Positions 8,075 to 18,138 of a DNA stretch of 64,000 nucleotides are shown here, one piece after another (within the stretch, counting starts at the first letter, position 1; each line of letters starts with the position of its first letter). Under the pieces are notes generated by a model. It was given only the letters and a program-made list of their open reading frames with translations. It searched no databases and was not told where the DNA came from. The DNA comes from an uncultured Gemmatimonadales bacterium (GTDB lineage Bacteria > Gemmatimonadota > Gemmatimonadetes > Longimicrobiales > RSA9). Made by a program: the position numbers and the translations under genes. Where the stretch lies: positions 5,024,001 through 5,088,000 of the forward strand of contig OY970192.1 in the NCBI GenBank assembly GCA_963708135.1, written 5' to 3'.

Positions 8075-10791
8075 GCGGCGTCTCGCGGGTGGCGGGGACG
8101 ATCGCGGACCTCGGCGAGCGGCTGCGGTCGCTGGTCTTCCGCTCGCGGGAGGAGCGCGAGCTGGCGGAGGAGTTGGCCTTCCACATCGAGATGGAGACGG
8201 CGCGGAACCTCCGCGAGGGGATGAGCCCCGCGGAGGCGAGGCGGCGGGCGCTCGTGGCGTTCGGCGGCGTCGAGCAGGTGCGGGAGTCGGTGCGGGACGC
8301 GTGGGGCACGCGGGCGCTCGACAGCCTGGCGCGGGATGTCCGCTACGCCTTCCGCCAGGTGGCGCGGAGCCCGGGGTTCACGGCGGCGGTGGTGCTCACG
8401 CTGGCGCTCGGGATCGGCGCGAACGGGGTCGTCTTCGGCGTGCTGGACCGGCTGCTGGTGCGGCCACCGTCGGGCGTGGTGGCGCCGGAGCGGCTGAGCC
8501 GGCTCTACTTCGAGCTGCCGCGACCCGGCAGGGCGGGAGGATCGCCGACGCCGGTCACGCCGACGTCCTACCCGGCCCTGGAGGCCCTGCGCGCGAACGT
8601 GCCGGCGTTCGAGGCCGTGGCGGGCGTGTTCCGGGGCGGCAAGGGCACCTTCGGCCGGGGCGCCGACGCGCGCGCGGTGAACCTCACGCTGGTCACGGGG
8701 GACTTCTTCCGCATGCTCGGCACGCGACCCGTGCTGGGGCGCTTCTTCGGCCCGGAGGAGGACCGGTTGCCCTCCGGCTCTCCGGTGGCCGTCGTGAGCT
8801 GGGGTTTCTGGCGGCGTGTCCTGGGCGGCGACGTCTCCGTGGTGGGGCGTCGGATCGTGCTGGACGAGCGGCCGTTCACGATCGTGGGCGTGGCGCCGCG
8901 CGGCTTCACGGGCGTGGATCTGGAGCCGGTGGACGTCTGGGCGCCCGTGAGCGCGCTGGCGCTGAAGCAGTTCTTCCCGAGCTGGGCGACGAGCGCCGGC
9001 TCGCTTTGGATCCGGGCCATCGCGCGCCTGCGCCCGGGCGCCGCCCGCGCCGTGGCATCCGCGCAGGCGACTGCGGCGGTCCGCCCCGTTTTCGCGGACG
9101 CGCACGACGGCGCCGAGCGGGAACCGCCGCGCGTGATCGCCGCCTCGATCCTGGCCGCGCGCGGTCCGGGCGGGATGTCGCGCGAGGCGCGGACGTCGCT
9201 CTGGGTGGGCATCGTGGCCGCGCTCGTGCTGCTCATCGCGTGCGCCAACGTTGCGGGGTTGCTGCTCTCGCGCGCGGTGCGGCGGCGCCACGAGATCGCG
9301 GTCCGGCTGGCGCTCGGGGTGGGCCGGGGCCGCCTCGTGCGCCAGCTCCTGACGGAGACGCTCGTGCTGGCCGCGCTCGCCGGCGGCATCGCGCTCGTCC
9401 TCACCTACGCGGGCGGTCGGCTCGTGCGGACGCTGCTGCTCCCGAGCATGGCGCTGGGCGATGTGCCCGTGGACGCGCGTGTGCTCGCGTTCATGGCCGG
9501 CGTGACGCTCCTGACCGTCCTGCTGGCCGGCCTGGTGCCCGCCCTCGGCTCCACGCGGACCGACTTCACGGCATGGCTCAAGGCGGGCGCGCGCGAGGCT
9601 GGCGGCCGGCGCGCGGCCGGGCAGCGCGCGCTGCTGGTCGTGCAGACGTCGCTTTGCGTGGTGCTGCTCGTGGGCGCCGGGCTCTTCCTCCAGAGCCTGC
9701 GCCGCCTGCACGCGCTGGACGTCGGCATCGACCTCAGCCACGTGCTGCTCGTGCGCCCCGACCTCGGCCGCGCGGGCTTCGATTCCGCGCGCGTCCAGGC
9801 GACGTACCGCGAGGCGCTCCGCCGCGTCCGTCACCTTCCGGGCATCGAGGCCGTCTCGCTCACCAAGGTCTCCGTCCCCATGGGGGGCATCTCGGCCATC
9901 CGCCTGCACGTGCCCGGCAACGACTTCCCGCCCGATCTCCCCGGTGGCGGACCCTACTACAGCGGCGTCGATGCCGGCTTCTTCCGGACCCTCGGCGCCC
10001 GCGTGCGCGCCGGCCGCGCCTTTAGCCCGGCCGAGGAGTCCACGGGCGAGCGGGTCGTCGTCGTGAACGAGACCGTGGCGCGCGCCTTCTGGCCCGGAAA
10101 GAGCCCGCTCGGCGCCTGCGTCACCCTCGGGGATGACCCCGCCTGCAACCGGGTGGTCGGGGTGGTGCAGGATATCCTGACGTTCAGGATGGAAGGCGAC
10201 GAGCGCGCCCTCCTCTATCTGCCGCTCCGTCACCCCGTCGTGAGCGACCGCCCACCGGTGGCCATGCTCGTCCGCACGGCCGGCGACGCACGCTCCGCCG
10301 CCAGCCCCGTGCAGCGCACCATCCAGGGAATCGCGCCCGACATGCCCTTCGTGAGCGTGCAGCCCTTCGAGGCGCTGGTCGCCCCCGAGTTCGAGCCGTG
10401 GCGCCTCGGCGCCACCATGTTCGCCATCTTCGGCGCCCTCGCCCTGCTCCTCGCCGCCACCGGGCTCTACGGCGTCCTCGCCTATCTCGTGGGCCAGCGG
10501 ACCCGCGAGATCGGGATCCGCGTCGCGCTCGGCGCCCGCCCCGTCGACGTGATCGGGCTGGTCGTGGGGCAGGGCATCGGCGTGGTGGCCGCCGGACTCG
10601 TGATCGGCACCGCCGCCGCACTCGCCGGCGGCCGGCTGCTCGCGCCGCTCCTCTACGACACCTCGCCGCGTGACCCGCAGGTCCTCACCGCCGTCGCTGC
10701 CGCACTGCTCCTCGCCGCGGCCGCCGCCACCCTCCTCCCCGCCCGCCGTGCGGCGCGGGTGGACCCGACCCGCGCGCTGGCGGCGGAGTGA
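8071..10791 (+). CDS. ABC permease, duplicated MacB/FtsX type (ADOP, acidobacterial duplicated orphan permease)
   Basis: GTG overlapping the padR stop; EELAFHIEME prefix domain, DVRYAFR..PGF..LALGIGAN, IACANVA..RRHEIAVRLALG, RTREIGIRVALGA, PARRAARVDP..L.AE. Confidence 0.93.
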   Translation: MSGVSRVAGTIADLGERLRSLVFRSREERELAEELAFHIEMETARNLREGMSPAEARRRALVAFGGVEQVRESVRDAWGTRALDSLARDVRYAFRQVARSPGFTAAVVLTLALGIGANGVVFGVLDRLLVRPPSGVVAPERLSRLYFELPRPGRAGGSPTPVTPTSYPALEALRANVPAFEAVAGVFRGGKGTFGRGADARAVNLTLVTGDFFRMLGTRPVLGRFFGPEEDRLPSGSPVAVVSWGFWRRVLGGDVSVVGRRIVLDERPFTIVGVAPRGFTGVDLEPVDVWAPVSALALKQFFPSWATSAGSLWIRAIARLRPGAARAVASAQATAAVRPVFADAHDGAEREPPRVIAASILAARGPGGMSREARTSLWVGIVAALVLLIACANVAGLLLSRAVRRRHEIAVRLALGVGRGRLVRQLLTETLVLAALAGGIALVLTYAGGRLVRTLLLPSMALGDVPVDARVLAFMAGVTLLTVLLAGLVPALGSTRTDFTAWLKAGAREAGGRRAAGQRALLVVQTSLCVVLLVGAGLFLQSLRRLHALDVGIDLSHVLLVRPDLGRAGFDSARVQATYREALRRVRHLPGIEAVSLTKVSVPMGGISAIRLHVPGNDFPPDLPGGGPYYSGVDAGFFRTLGARVRAGRAFSPAEESTGERVVVVNETVARAFWPGKSPLGACVTLGDDPACNRVVGVVQDILTFRMEGDERALLYLPLRHPVVSDRPPVAMLVRTAGDARSAASPVQRTIQGIAPDMPFVSVQPFEALVAPEFEPWRLGATMFAIFGALALLLAATGLYGVLAYLVGQRTREIGIRVALGARPVDVIGLVVGQGIGVVAAGLVIGTAAALAGGRLLAPLLYDTSPRDPQVLTAVAAALLLAAAAATLLPARRAARVDPTRALAAE

Positions 10792-10835
10792 AAGGCGCCG
10801 CCGCTCCCGGTTTCGCCAGGAGATCAGATCGGTTA

Positions 10836-10856
10836 GGTTTTCGTTGAACGGAAACC
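10836..10856. promoter_or_regulatory. Palindromic operator upstream of vapBC
   Basis: GGTTTTCGTT-G-AACGGAAACC, 9/10 inverted match, 17 bp before the antitoxin start; TA operons typically autorepress at such sites. Confidence 0.5.
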
Positions 10857-10873
10857 AGATCGATGGAGAAATC

Positions 10874-11080
10874 ATGGAAACCGTCAGGGTCAGCTCGAAG
10901 TATCAGGTCGTGATCCCGCGAGCGGTTCGCGAGCGGCTCGGGATCCAGGCGGGGCAGGAGGTGCAGGTCATTCCGTACGTAGACCGCATCGAGGTGATCC
11001 CGCAGCGTCCCGCACGTGAGCTTCGCGGCTTCCTCTCGGGGCTGGAGAACACGTTCGTCCGCGAAGGCGATCGGCTGTGA
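10874..11080 (+). CDS. vapB: AbrB/MazE/SpoVT family antitoxin
   Basis: METVRVSSKYQVVIPRAVRERLGIQAGQEV; GGAG RBS; overlaps the toxin start. Confidence 0.9.
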   Translation: METVRVSSKYQVVIPRAVRERLGIQAGQEVQVIPYVDRIEVIPQRPARELRGFLSGLENTFVREGDRL

Positions 11081-11490
11081 GCCCGCCGTCCGAGGCGGAG
11101 CTGCACGTGGTCGACTCGTCGGGCTGGATCGAGTACTTCACGGACTCCGTGAACGCCGACCGCTTCGCGGGGGTGATCGAGCGCCCGCGCGAGCTGCTGG
11201 TTCCGAGCCTGAGCGTGCTGGAGGTGTTCCGCTGGGTGCTGCGGGAGCGGGGCGAGGACGCCGCGCTCCAGGCGACGGCGGTGATGCAGCAGTCCCCGCT
11301 GGTCGACCTCGACGCGGCGCTCGCGTTGCGTGCGGCCAAGGTTGGGATCGAGCACAAGCTCCCCCTGGCCGACAGCGTCATCTATGCGACGGCGCAGTCG
11401 CGCGGTGCGTTGCTGTGGACGCAGGACGCGGATTTCCGCGAGCTTCCGCGGGTTCGCTACTTCCCGAAGGCGGCGCGCGGCAAAGGCTGA
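11077..11490 (+). CDS. vapC: PIN-domain type II toxin
   Basis: VVDSSGWIEY, EV, LADSVIYATA..LWTQDADF conserved acidic PIN residues. Confidence 0.92.
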   Translation: MSPPSEAELHVVDSSGWIEYFTDSVNADRFAGVIERPRELLVPSLSVLEVFRWVLRERGEDAALQATAVMQQSPLVDLDAALALRAAKVGIEHKLPLADSVIYATAQSRGALLWTQDADFRELPRVRYFPKAARGKG

Positions 11491-11549
11491 GCGGGCTGCT
11501 CCTGTCCGGCCGCGGCGGTCTCGACCGCCGCGGCCGGACGCTCACCGCC

Positions 11550-13574
11550 TCAGCGCGTCTCGCCGGCCGCCGCCGCTTCCCTCGGCCAGACGTTGTCGCT
11601 CGGGTCCTTGTCCGGGAACCGCTTCTCCGGGTCGAGCACGATCTTCTCGATCTTGCGGCCGCCGAAGTCGAGCCTCGCCGCGAAGGTGCGGCTGCCGGTG
11701 AACCAGACGTCCACGGGGAAGGTGACGCGCGCCGTCGCCTGGTCGAGCATGGTGCTGTTCGGCATCGGCTTCACGGCCGGCCCGGTGCCCGCGAAGTGCA
11801 CGTCGAGCACGACGGGCGCGGGCATCTGCCCGTCCTGGCGCACGGTGACCGTGGTGCGCGCACCGTTGGTGGCGACGTTCTGGATCGACTCGTCCACGGC
11901 GTCGGTCGTGAAGAGCCAGTAGTACCAGAACCAGTCGAGGTCGCGGCCGAGCGCATGGTCCATGTAGAAGGCGTAGTCCCACGGCGTGGGGTGCTTGAAG
12001 CGCCATGCGTGGGCGTAGCCGCTCATGGCGCGCCAGACGGCGGTGTCGCCGACGATGCCGCCGAGCATGGAGAGCATCATGGGCGCCTTGCCGTAGGCCT
12101 GGAAGGAGTACATCGGGCCGCCATAATTGGCGTCCCACATGAGCGGCGCCTCGCGCTCGTTGCCGCTCACGCGGCCGTACGCCTGCCCGAAGCCGTCGAG
12201 GCTCGAGTCCGGCGCCTGCCCCGTGCGGTCGTCGCGCGAGAGGATGTTCATGTACTGGTTGAAGCCCTCGTCCATGAAGCCGTACCACGTCTCGTTGGTG
12301 CCGACCATCATCGGCCACCACTGGTGCCCGGTCTCGTGGTCGGCGGCGCCGGTGCTGGACATGATGAAGCTGGGGTACTCCATGCCGAGCTCGGGGCCGT
12401 CCACGTCGGTCATGATCGGGAAGGCGTAGGGCATCCAGAGCCTGGAGTAGAACCCGAGGGCGTGGCGGATGACCTGGCCGTCCGTGGCGTAGCGCTCGGC
12501 GTGGCCGGGCAGGTACATGCTGTAGACGGGGATCTGCCCCTTGCCCGGGATTTCGGCGCGGGTGGCGTCCCAGACGAAGCGGCTCGAGGTGGCCCACGCG
12601 AAGTCGGCCACGCTGTCCGCCTGGAAGTGCCAGGTCAGCGGGCCGCCGCCGGCCGTCAGCTTGCCGGCGCCCTGCTCGTCCGCCCCCGCGATGGTGCGCT
12701 GCTCGTCGGAGTCGAGCACGTGCGTGAGGCGCTCGCGCTCGGTGGCGGTGAGCACCTGGTCCGGGTTCTGGAGGAGTCCCGTCGCGCCCACCAGCCATCC
12801 CGCCGGCAGCGTGAGCTTCACGTCGAAGCTGCCGAAGTTGTTGTAGAACTCGGACGGCCCGAGGTAGGGGTCGGTGTCCCAGCCGCGCAGGTCGTCGTAG
12901 ACGGCCACGCGCGGGTACCACTGCCCGACCTGGTAGAGCGTGTCGCCCCAGCTGCCCATGCGCAGCCCGCGCTCGTGGCCGGCGTGCGGCACGCGAAAGC
13001 TCCACTCGGCGCGCATCGTGGTCTGGCCGTGCGCGGCGAGCGGCGCCGGCAGCGGAATCGACGCCGTCGTCAGCTTGATGGCCTCGGCCATGGGCGTGCC
13101 GAAGCGGCGGCCGTTGCGCGCGCGGATCGGCGGCACCGTGTCCGCGAGGTCCACCGCCTGCCCGTCGAAGCTGAGCGAGGTGAGGTCCAGCCCGCCCGTG
13201 ATCTCCGTGACCGCCTCCGCCTTCGGCACGTTGGCGCGGAAGATGTTCTGGTCCAGGCGCAGCTGCACGTGGTCGAGCGTCGAATCGCTGTTGTTGTGGA
13301 TGACGACGCTCTCGCTCCCCGAGAGCTTCCCCGTGACCGGGTCGAAGCGGGCGTCGATCGTGTAGTCGGTGCGCATCTGCCAGTAGCTCGGGCCGGGCGT
13401 GCCGGCCGAGTCGCGCGTGCCGGCGGCGAGGGCGCGGCGGATCATGTCCGTCATCGGCAGGTCGCGCCGGACGGCGCGCTCCGGGAGCTGCGCCGCATTC
13501 TGCGCCATGGCGGTCGCGGGGACGAGCAGGAGCGCGGCGGCGAGCGCCAGCGCGGCGGGGGTTCGCGTGTGCAT
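11550..13574 (-). CDS. M1 family metallopeptidase, secreted
   Basis: Signal peptide, G.PGP.YWQ, QWYPRVAVYDDLRGW, GMEYP, HETGHQWW (HEXXH) with downstream MDEG, YGK. Confidence 0.92.
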   Translation of the reverse strand: MHTRTPAALALAAALLLVPATAMAQNAAQLPERAVRRDLPMTDMIRRALAAGTRDSAGTPGPSYWQMRTDYTIDARFDPVTGKLSGSESVVIHNNSDSTLDHVQLRLDQNIFRANVPKAEAVTEITGGLDLTSLSFDGQAVDLADTVPPIRARNGRRFGTPMAEAIKLTTASIPLPAPLAAHGQTTMRAEWSFRVPHAGHERGLRMGSWGDTLYQVGQWYPRVAVYDDLRGWDTDPYLGPSEFYNNFGSFDVKLTLPAGWLVGATGLLQNPDQVLTATERERLTHVLDSDEQRTIAGADEQGAGKLTAGGGPLTWHFQADSVADFAWATSSRFVWDATRAEIPGKGQIPVYSMYLPGHAERYATDGQVIRHALGFYSRLWMPYAFPIMTDVDGPELGMEYPSFIMSSTGAADHETGHQWWPMMVGTNETWYGFMDEGFNQYMNILSRDDRTGQAPDSSLDGFGQAYGRVSGNEREAPLMWDANYGGPMYSFQAYGKAPMMLSMLGGIVGDTAVWRAMSGYAHAWRFKHPTPWDYAFYMDHALGRDLDWFWYYWLFTTDAVDESIQNVATNGARTTVTVRQDGQMPAPVVLDVHFAGTGPAVKPMPNSTMLDQATARVTFPVDVWFTGSRTFAARLDFGGRKIEKIVLDPEKRFPDKDPSDNVWPREAAAAGETR

Positions 13575-13629
13575 GAGGTCTCCGGTGCCGGGGTCGCGTC
13601 GTGCGCCGGGTTGCCCGCCGGCGCAGACG

Positions 13630-13941
13630 TCACAAATACAACGATCCGACGGGCCGGGCGAGGGGCGGAGGTGCCGAGCATGCCTCAGGCGACGTTTCCC
13701 GCCGCCAGCGCCTCGCCCAGCTCGGCCGGCGCGTCGACCCGCAGAGGACGTGGGGGAGCGCGCCGCGGGAGAGTAGCCGGGACAGCTCGCGGCGGATCCG
13801 CTCCGCCGCGTCCTCCGCCGGTGGCGCCGCTATGCCGTGCGGCCGGTGGGTCAGCCGCCAGAGCAGCCAGCCGGTCACGGCCAGCTCGGCCGCGACGAGG
13901 CCATAGCCGGCCAGGGTGCCGGCGTGGTCGGCTGTGGGCAT
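13630..13941 (-). CDS. Possible small membrane-anchored hypothetical protein
   Basis: GGAGG RBS before ATG 13941 and one hydrophobic segment; 3' part looks non-coding-like. Confidence 0.3.
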   Translation of the reverse strand: MPTADHAGTLAGYGLVAAELAVTGWLLWRLTHRPHGIAAPPAEDAAERIRRELSRLLSRGALPHVLCGSTRRPSWARRWRRETSPEACSAPPPLARPVGSLYL

Positions 13942-14129
13942 GGCGGCCTCCGCTGTGCGCGGGGATGCGGGCGGCACGGGGCCACCAAGCTACGGCCCGG
14001 CCCCGACATCCGCCACGCACCGCCGCCGCCCGCCCCCCCCGGCCATGCCCTCTCCCTCGCGCGTGGCACGCCGTGTGATACCTTAGAGTTCCGCGCAGCC
14101 TCCAACGCTCCTCGCACAGCGATGGACCC

Positions 14130-17100
14130 ATGGCCGACGGAACGCACACCGACGCCGCGGACCGCTCCCGCTCTCGCGCCTCGGCTCCGGCAGCCCGCGC
14201 GTCCGGGCAGGGAGACGCCTCCCGCTCCCCAGCCGCCGGCGCCGCTGCCGCCCCCGGTCGCGCCGCCGCCGCGCTCTCCCGCTGGCGCGGCCTCGACGTG
14301 GAGGCGGAGGGGACCGGGATCTCCGGCCCGCTCTCGGAGCAGGTGAACCTGCTCGGCGCGATGCTCGGGCAGGCGGTGGCGGAGCAGGGCGGCCAGGAGC
14401 GGCTCGAGCGGGTCGAGCACCTGCGGCTGCTGTGCAAGCGCGCGGCGGCCGAGGGGCGGCCGGAGCTGCGCGAGCAGGCGGCGGCGCTGATCGCCTCGCT
14501 GGATGGCGAGGAGATGGTCTGGCTGCTGCGCGCCTACACCGCCTTCTTCCACCTGGTCAACAAGGCGGAGCAGCTCGAGATCATCCGCATCAACCGGGAG
14601 CGCGCCCGCGCTCGCGGCGAGCGGCTGGCGCCCGACAGCATCGCCGAGGCGGTCGCGGCGTTGAAGGACGCGGGCCGCACGCTGGACGAGGTGCGGGTGC
14701 TCACCGGGCGGCTCGACATCCAGCCCACGCTGACGGCGCACCCCACGGAGGCGCGGCGCCGGAGCATCCTCTCGAAGCAGCGTCGCATCGCCGAGCTGCT
14801 CGTCGAGCGGGCGCGACCGGATGCCACGCCCGACGAGTGCGACCGGGCGCTGGACGGCATCTACAACCAGATCGCGCTGCTGCTCGCCACGGACGAGGTG
14901 CGTGCCGAGCGGCCGACCGTGCGCGACGAGGTCGAGCAGGGGCTCTACTTCCTGGCCGGTCCGATCTGGGAGATGGTGCCGCGCGTGCACGACGACCTGC
15001 GCCGCGCCATCCGCCGCGCCTGGGGCGAGGACATCGAGCTGCCCGCGTTCCTGCGCTACCGCTCCTGGATCGGCAGCGACCGGGATGGCAACCCCAACGT
15101 CACCCCGGGCGTCACGCGCTGGACTCTCGAGCGCCAGCGCCGCGCCGCGCTCGAGCTGTGGCGCCGCGAGCTCCGCGACCTGCTGCGCGAGCTCAGCGTC
15201 TCCGACCGCCGCGCCCGCGTGCCGCGCGATCTCTACGAGTCCCTCGAGCACGACGCCGCCGACGGCGTGCTCGAGGACGGCGGCATGGCCTCGCGGCACG
15301 AGCCCTACCGCGCCAAGGTCGGCGCCATGCTGACGCGCGTGGAGCGCCTGCTCGCGGCCGTTCTCGCAGGCGACGACGCCCCGCGCGCTCCCGGCGGCGA
15401 CCGCCCGCTCTACGACGCCGCCGGCCTCACTGCCGACCTCGCGCTGCTCCGCCGCTGCCTGCGCGCGTCCGGGTTCGCCGAGGTGGGAGACAACGGCATC
15501 CTGCCGCGGCTCCTCGTGCTCGCCCGCACCTTCGGCTTCCACATGGCCGCGCTCGACGTGCGCCAGCACTCCCGCGTCAGCGAGGCCGCCGTGGCCGCGC
15601 TGCTCGCCGCGGCCGGCGTCGAGGCCGACTACCCCTCGCTTTCCGAGGAGCGGAAGCTGGCCGTGCTCGAGGCCGAGCTCGCCAATCCCCGCCCGCTGCT
15701 CCCGCCCGGCGTCGCGCTGCCCGACCCGGCCGCCGACCTGCTGGCGGTGTTCCGCCTGATCCGCGACGCCGTGGCGGCGGAGCCCGCCTCCATCGGCGCC
15801 TACATCGTGAGCATGACCCACACGGTCTCCGACCTGCTCGAGCCGATGCTGCTCGCGCGCGAGGTCGGTCTCTGGCGCCGGGATCCGGCGGACGGAAGCG
15901 TCGCCTGCGGCATCGATTTCGTGCCGCTCTTCGAGACGATCGAGGACCTCAATGCCGCGGCCGAGCGGATGCGCGCCCTCTTCACGCACCCGATCTACCG
16001 CGCCCAGCTGGAGGCGCGGGACGGGCTCCAGGAGATCATGCTCGGCTACTCGGACAGCAACAAGGATGGCGGCTACTGGATGGCCAACTGGGCGCTGCAC
16101 CGCGCCCAGGAGAGCCTCGCCCTCGTCTGCCGCGAGCACGGTATCGAGGTCCGCCTCTTCCACGGCCGCGGCGGCACCGTCGGCCGCGGCGGCGGCCGCG
16201 CCAACCAGGCCATCCTCGCCATGCCGCCCGCCGTCCACAACGGCCGCATCCGCTACACGGAGCAGGGCGAGGTCATCTCGTTCCGCTACGCGCTGCCGGA
16301 GATGGCCCGGCGGCACACCGAGCAGATCGTGAACGCGATGCTGAGGGCCGGGGAACTGCCGGAGGCGAGGGAACCCCAACCCCAAACCCAAACCCAAACC
16401 AAAACCAAAACCAAAACCAAAACCAAAACCAAAACCAAAACCAAAACCGACCCGGACACGGACTCCATCGCTGGGGCGATGGACACCATCGCCGCCGCCT
16501 CCATGCGCGCCTACCGGGGGCTGATCGAGGCGCCGGACCTGTGGGCGTGGTACGCGGCGGCGACGCCGATCGAGTGGATCAGCCGGCTGCCGATCGCGTC
16601 GCGGCCGGTGTCGCGGGCCTCGGGGCCGGAGGTGACCTTCGAGGACCTGCGCGCGATTCCGTGGGTGTTCGCGTGGACGCAGCCGCGCTGGATCGTGCCG
16701 GGGTGGTATGGCGTGGGCGCGGGGCTCTCGGCGTACCTGCAGGCGGCGGGCGACGAGGGGCTGGCGCTGCTGCGTCGCCTTTACGGGTCGTGGCCGTTCT
16801 TCCAGGCGGTGGTGAACAACGCGCAGCGCGAGATGGCGCGGGCGCGGCTCGAGATCGCGGCGCACTACGCGGCGCTCGCGCGCGAGGTCCGGGAGTGGCC
16901 GGAGGACTTCCACGCGCGCATCGGCGAGGACTTCGACCGGGCGCGGCGCGCGATCCTGGCGATCACGGGGCAGCGCGAGCTGCTGGACAACAGCCCCGTC
17001 ATCCAGAAGTCGATCCGGCTGCGCAACCCCTACACCGACGTGCTCAACCTGCTGCAGGTCGAGCTGCTGCGCCGGTGGCGCGCGGCGGCCGAGCGGGCGG

Positions 17101-17195
17101 AGGTGGACGGGCCGGACGCGGCCCGCGACCCGCTGCGGCAGACGCTCTTCCTCAGCGTGAACGGCATCGCGGCGGCCATGCAGAGCACGGGGTGA
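14130..17195 (+). CDS. ppc: Phosphoenolpyruvate carboxylase (bacterial type) with an in-frame QT/KT repeat insertion
   Basis: LTAHPTE, SWIGSDRDGNPNVT, VPLFETIEDL, QEIMLGYSDSNKDGG, FHGRGGTVGRGGG, LRAIPWVFAWTQ, C-terminal MQSTG. Exact start uncertain. Confidence 0.96.
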   Translation: MADGTHTDAADRSRSRASAPAARASGQGDASRSPAAGAAAAPGRAAAALSRWRGLDVEAEGTGISGPLSEQVNLLGAMLGQAVAEQGGQERLERVEHLRLLCKRAAAEGRPELREQAAALIASLDGEEMVWLLRAYTAFFHLVNKAEQLEIIRINRERARARGERLAPDSIAEAVAALKDAGRTLDEVRVLTGRLDIQPTLTAHPTEARRRSILSKQRRIAELLVERARPDATPDECDRALDGIYNQIALLLATDEVRAERPTVRDEVEQGLYFLAGPIWEMVPRVHDDLRRAIRRAWGEDIELPAFLRYRSWIGSDRDGNPNVTPGVTRWTLERQRRAALELWRRELRDLLRELSVSDRRARVPRDLYESLEHDAADGVLEDGGMASRHEPYRAKVGAMLTRVERLLAAVLAGDDAPRAPGGDRPLYDAAGLTADLALLRRCLRASGFAEVGDNGILPRLLVLARTFGFHMAALDVRQHSRVSEAAVAALLAAAGVEADYPSLSEERKLAVLEAELANPRPLLPPGVALPDPAADLLAVFRLIRDAVAAEPASIGAYIVSMTHTVSDLLEPMLLAREVGLWRRDPADGSVACGIDFVPLFETIEDLNAAAERMRALFTHPIYRAQLEARDGLQEIMLGYSDSNKDGGYWMANWALHRAQESLALVCREHGIEVRLFHGRGGTVGRGGGRANQAILAMPPAVHNGRIRYTEQGEVISFRYALPEMARRHTEQIVNAMLRAGELPEAREPQPQTQTQTKTKTKTKTKTKTKTKTDPDTDSIAGAMDTIAAASMRAYRGLIEAPDLWAWYAAATPIEWISRLPIASRPVSRASGPEVTFEDLRAIPWVFAWTQPRWIVPGWYGVGAGLSAYLQAAGDEGLALLRRLYGSWPFFQAVVNNAQREMARARLEIAAHYAALAREVREWPEDFHARIGEDFDRARRAILAITGQRELLDNSPVIQKSIRLRNPYTDVLNLLQVELLRRWRAAAERAEVDGPDAARDPLRQTLFLSVNGIAAAMQSTG
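16383..16448 (+). repeat. Hexamer microsatellite (CAAACC)3(AAAACC)8 inside ppc
   Basis: Read directly; encodes QTQTQT(KT)8. Confidence 0.97.
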
Positions 17196-17196
17196 G

Positions 17197-18138
17197 GTGG
17201 AGGACGCGCCCGCGGCTCCCGTGGCCGTGCTCCTCAATCGCGCCGCCGGGTCGCACATCCGGCTGGCGCTGCGGGCGCGCGTCGAGTCGGCGCTCGAGGC
17301 AGCGGAGCTGGCCGCCGTCGTCCACGAGCTGGATGGCGACGCCCTCGCCGCCGAGCTCCAGCGCCGCGCCCACAATGGCGGCCGCCTCCTGGCCGTCGCC
17401 GGCGGCGATGGCACCATCCGCGCCGCGGCCGAGGCGCTCGCCGGCGGGCCCACGGCGCTGGCCGTGATCCCGACCGGCACCCTCAACCACTTCGCCCGCC
17501 GGATCGGCGTGCCGGACGTCGGTGCCGCCGCCCGGGCGCTCGCCCTCGGGACCGTGCGGGCGGTGCCGGCCGGCTACGTCGGGCGGCACCTGTTCCTCAA
17601 CACCGCCACCCTCGGCCTCTACGCCGACGTGGTCCGCCGCCGGGAACGGATGCGGCCGTGGATCGGGAAGTGGCCCGCCGCCGCCATCTCTCTCGCCATC
17701 GCCCTGCTGCGCTTCCGGCGCATGGAGGTCACGCTCGAGGCCGGCGGCCGCACCCTGCGCCGCCGGACCCCGCTCGTATGGATCGGCGTCGGCAGCGGCG
17801 CGTTCGGCCCGCCGCAACCCCCGGCCCGCCCGTACGAGGACGAAGGCGACCTCGAGGTCGTCGTGCTGCGCCCCGCCGGCCGCCTGGCCATGCTCGGCCT
17901 CGCCCCCCGCCTGCTCCTCCGCTGGCTGCGCCGAAGCCCGCCCGTCGGCGACCCGGCGCTCGATGTGTTTCGCGCGCGCGAGCTCGTCGTCTCCGGCCGC
18001 AAGCCGATCGGCGTCACGCTCGACGGCGAGCCGGTGCGCTGCGCGCCGCCGCTCTACGTGTGCCTCGAGGACGAGGCCGTGCGGGTGGTCGTGCCGCCCG
18101 GCAGCGCCCCCGCGGACCCCGCGGGAGTCTCGTCCTAG
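17197..18138 (+). CDS. Diacylglycerol kinase family lipid kinase
   Basis: VLLNRAAG, AGGDGTI, IPTGTLNHFAR, FLN, TLDGE. Confidence 0.9.
   Translation: MEDAPAAPVAVLLNRAAGSHIRLALRARVESALEAAELAAVVHELDGDALAAELQRRAHNGGRLLAVAGGDGTIRAAAEALAGGPTALAVIPTGTLNHFARRIGVPDVGAAARALALGTVRAVPAGYVGRHLFLNTATLGLYADVVRRRERMRPWIGKWPAAAISLAIALLRFRRMEVTLEAGGRTLRRRTPLVWIGVGSGAFGPPQPPARPYEDEGDLEVVVLRPAGRLAMLGLAPRLLLRWLRRSPPVGDPALDVFRARELVVSGRKPIGVTLDGEPVRCAPPLYVCLEDEAVRVVVPPGSAPADPAGVSS

Noticed and set aside
14064..14080. sigma54-like TGGCACG upstream of ppc
   Set aside because: The -12 GC dinucleotide is absent at the required spacing.
11016..17486. Very long antisense/alternative-frame ORFs (1020 aa, 1203 aa, 1011 aa) and similar ones throughout
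   Set aside because: Shadow ORFs of real genes caused by high GC and rare stops; Arg/Gly/Pro-rich with no motifs.
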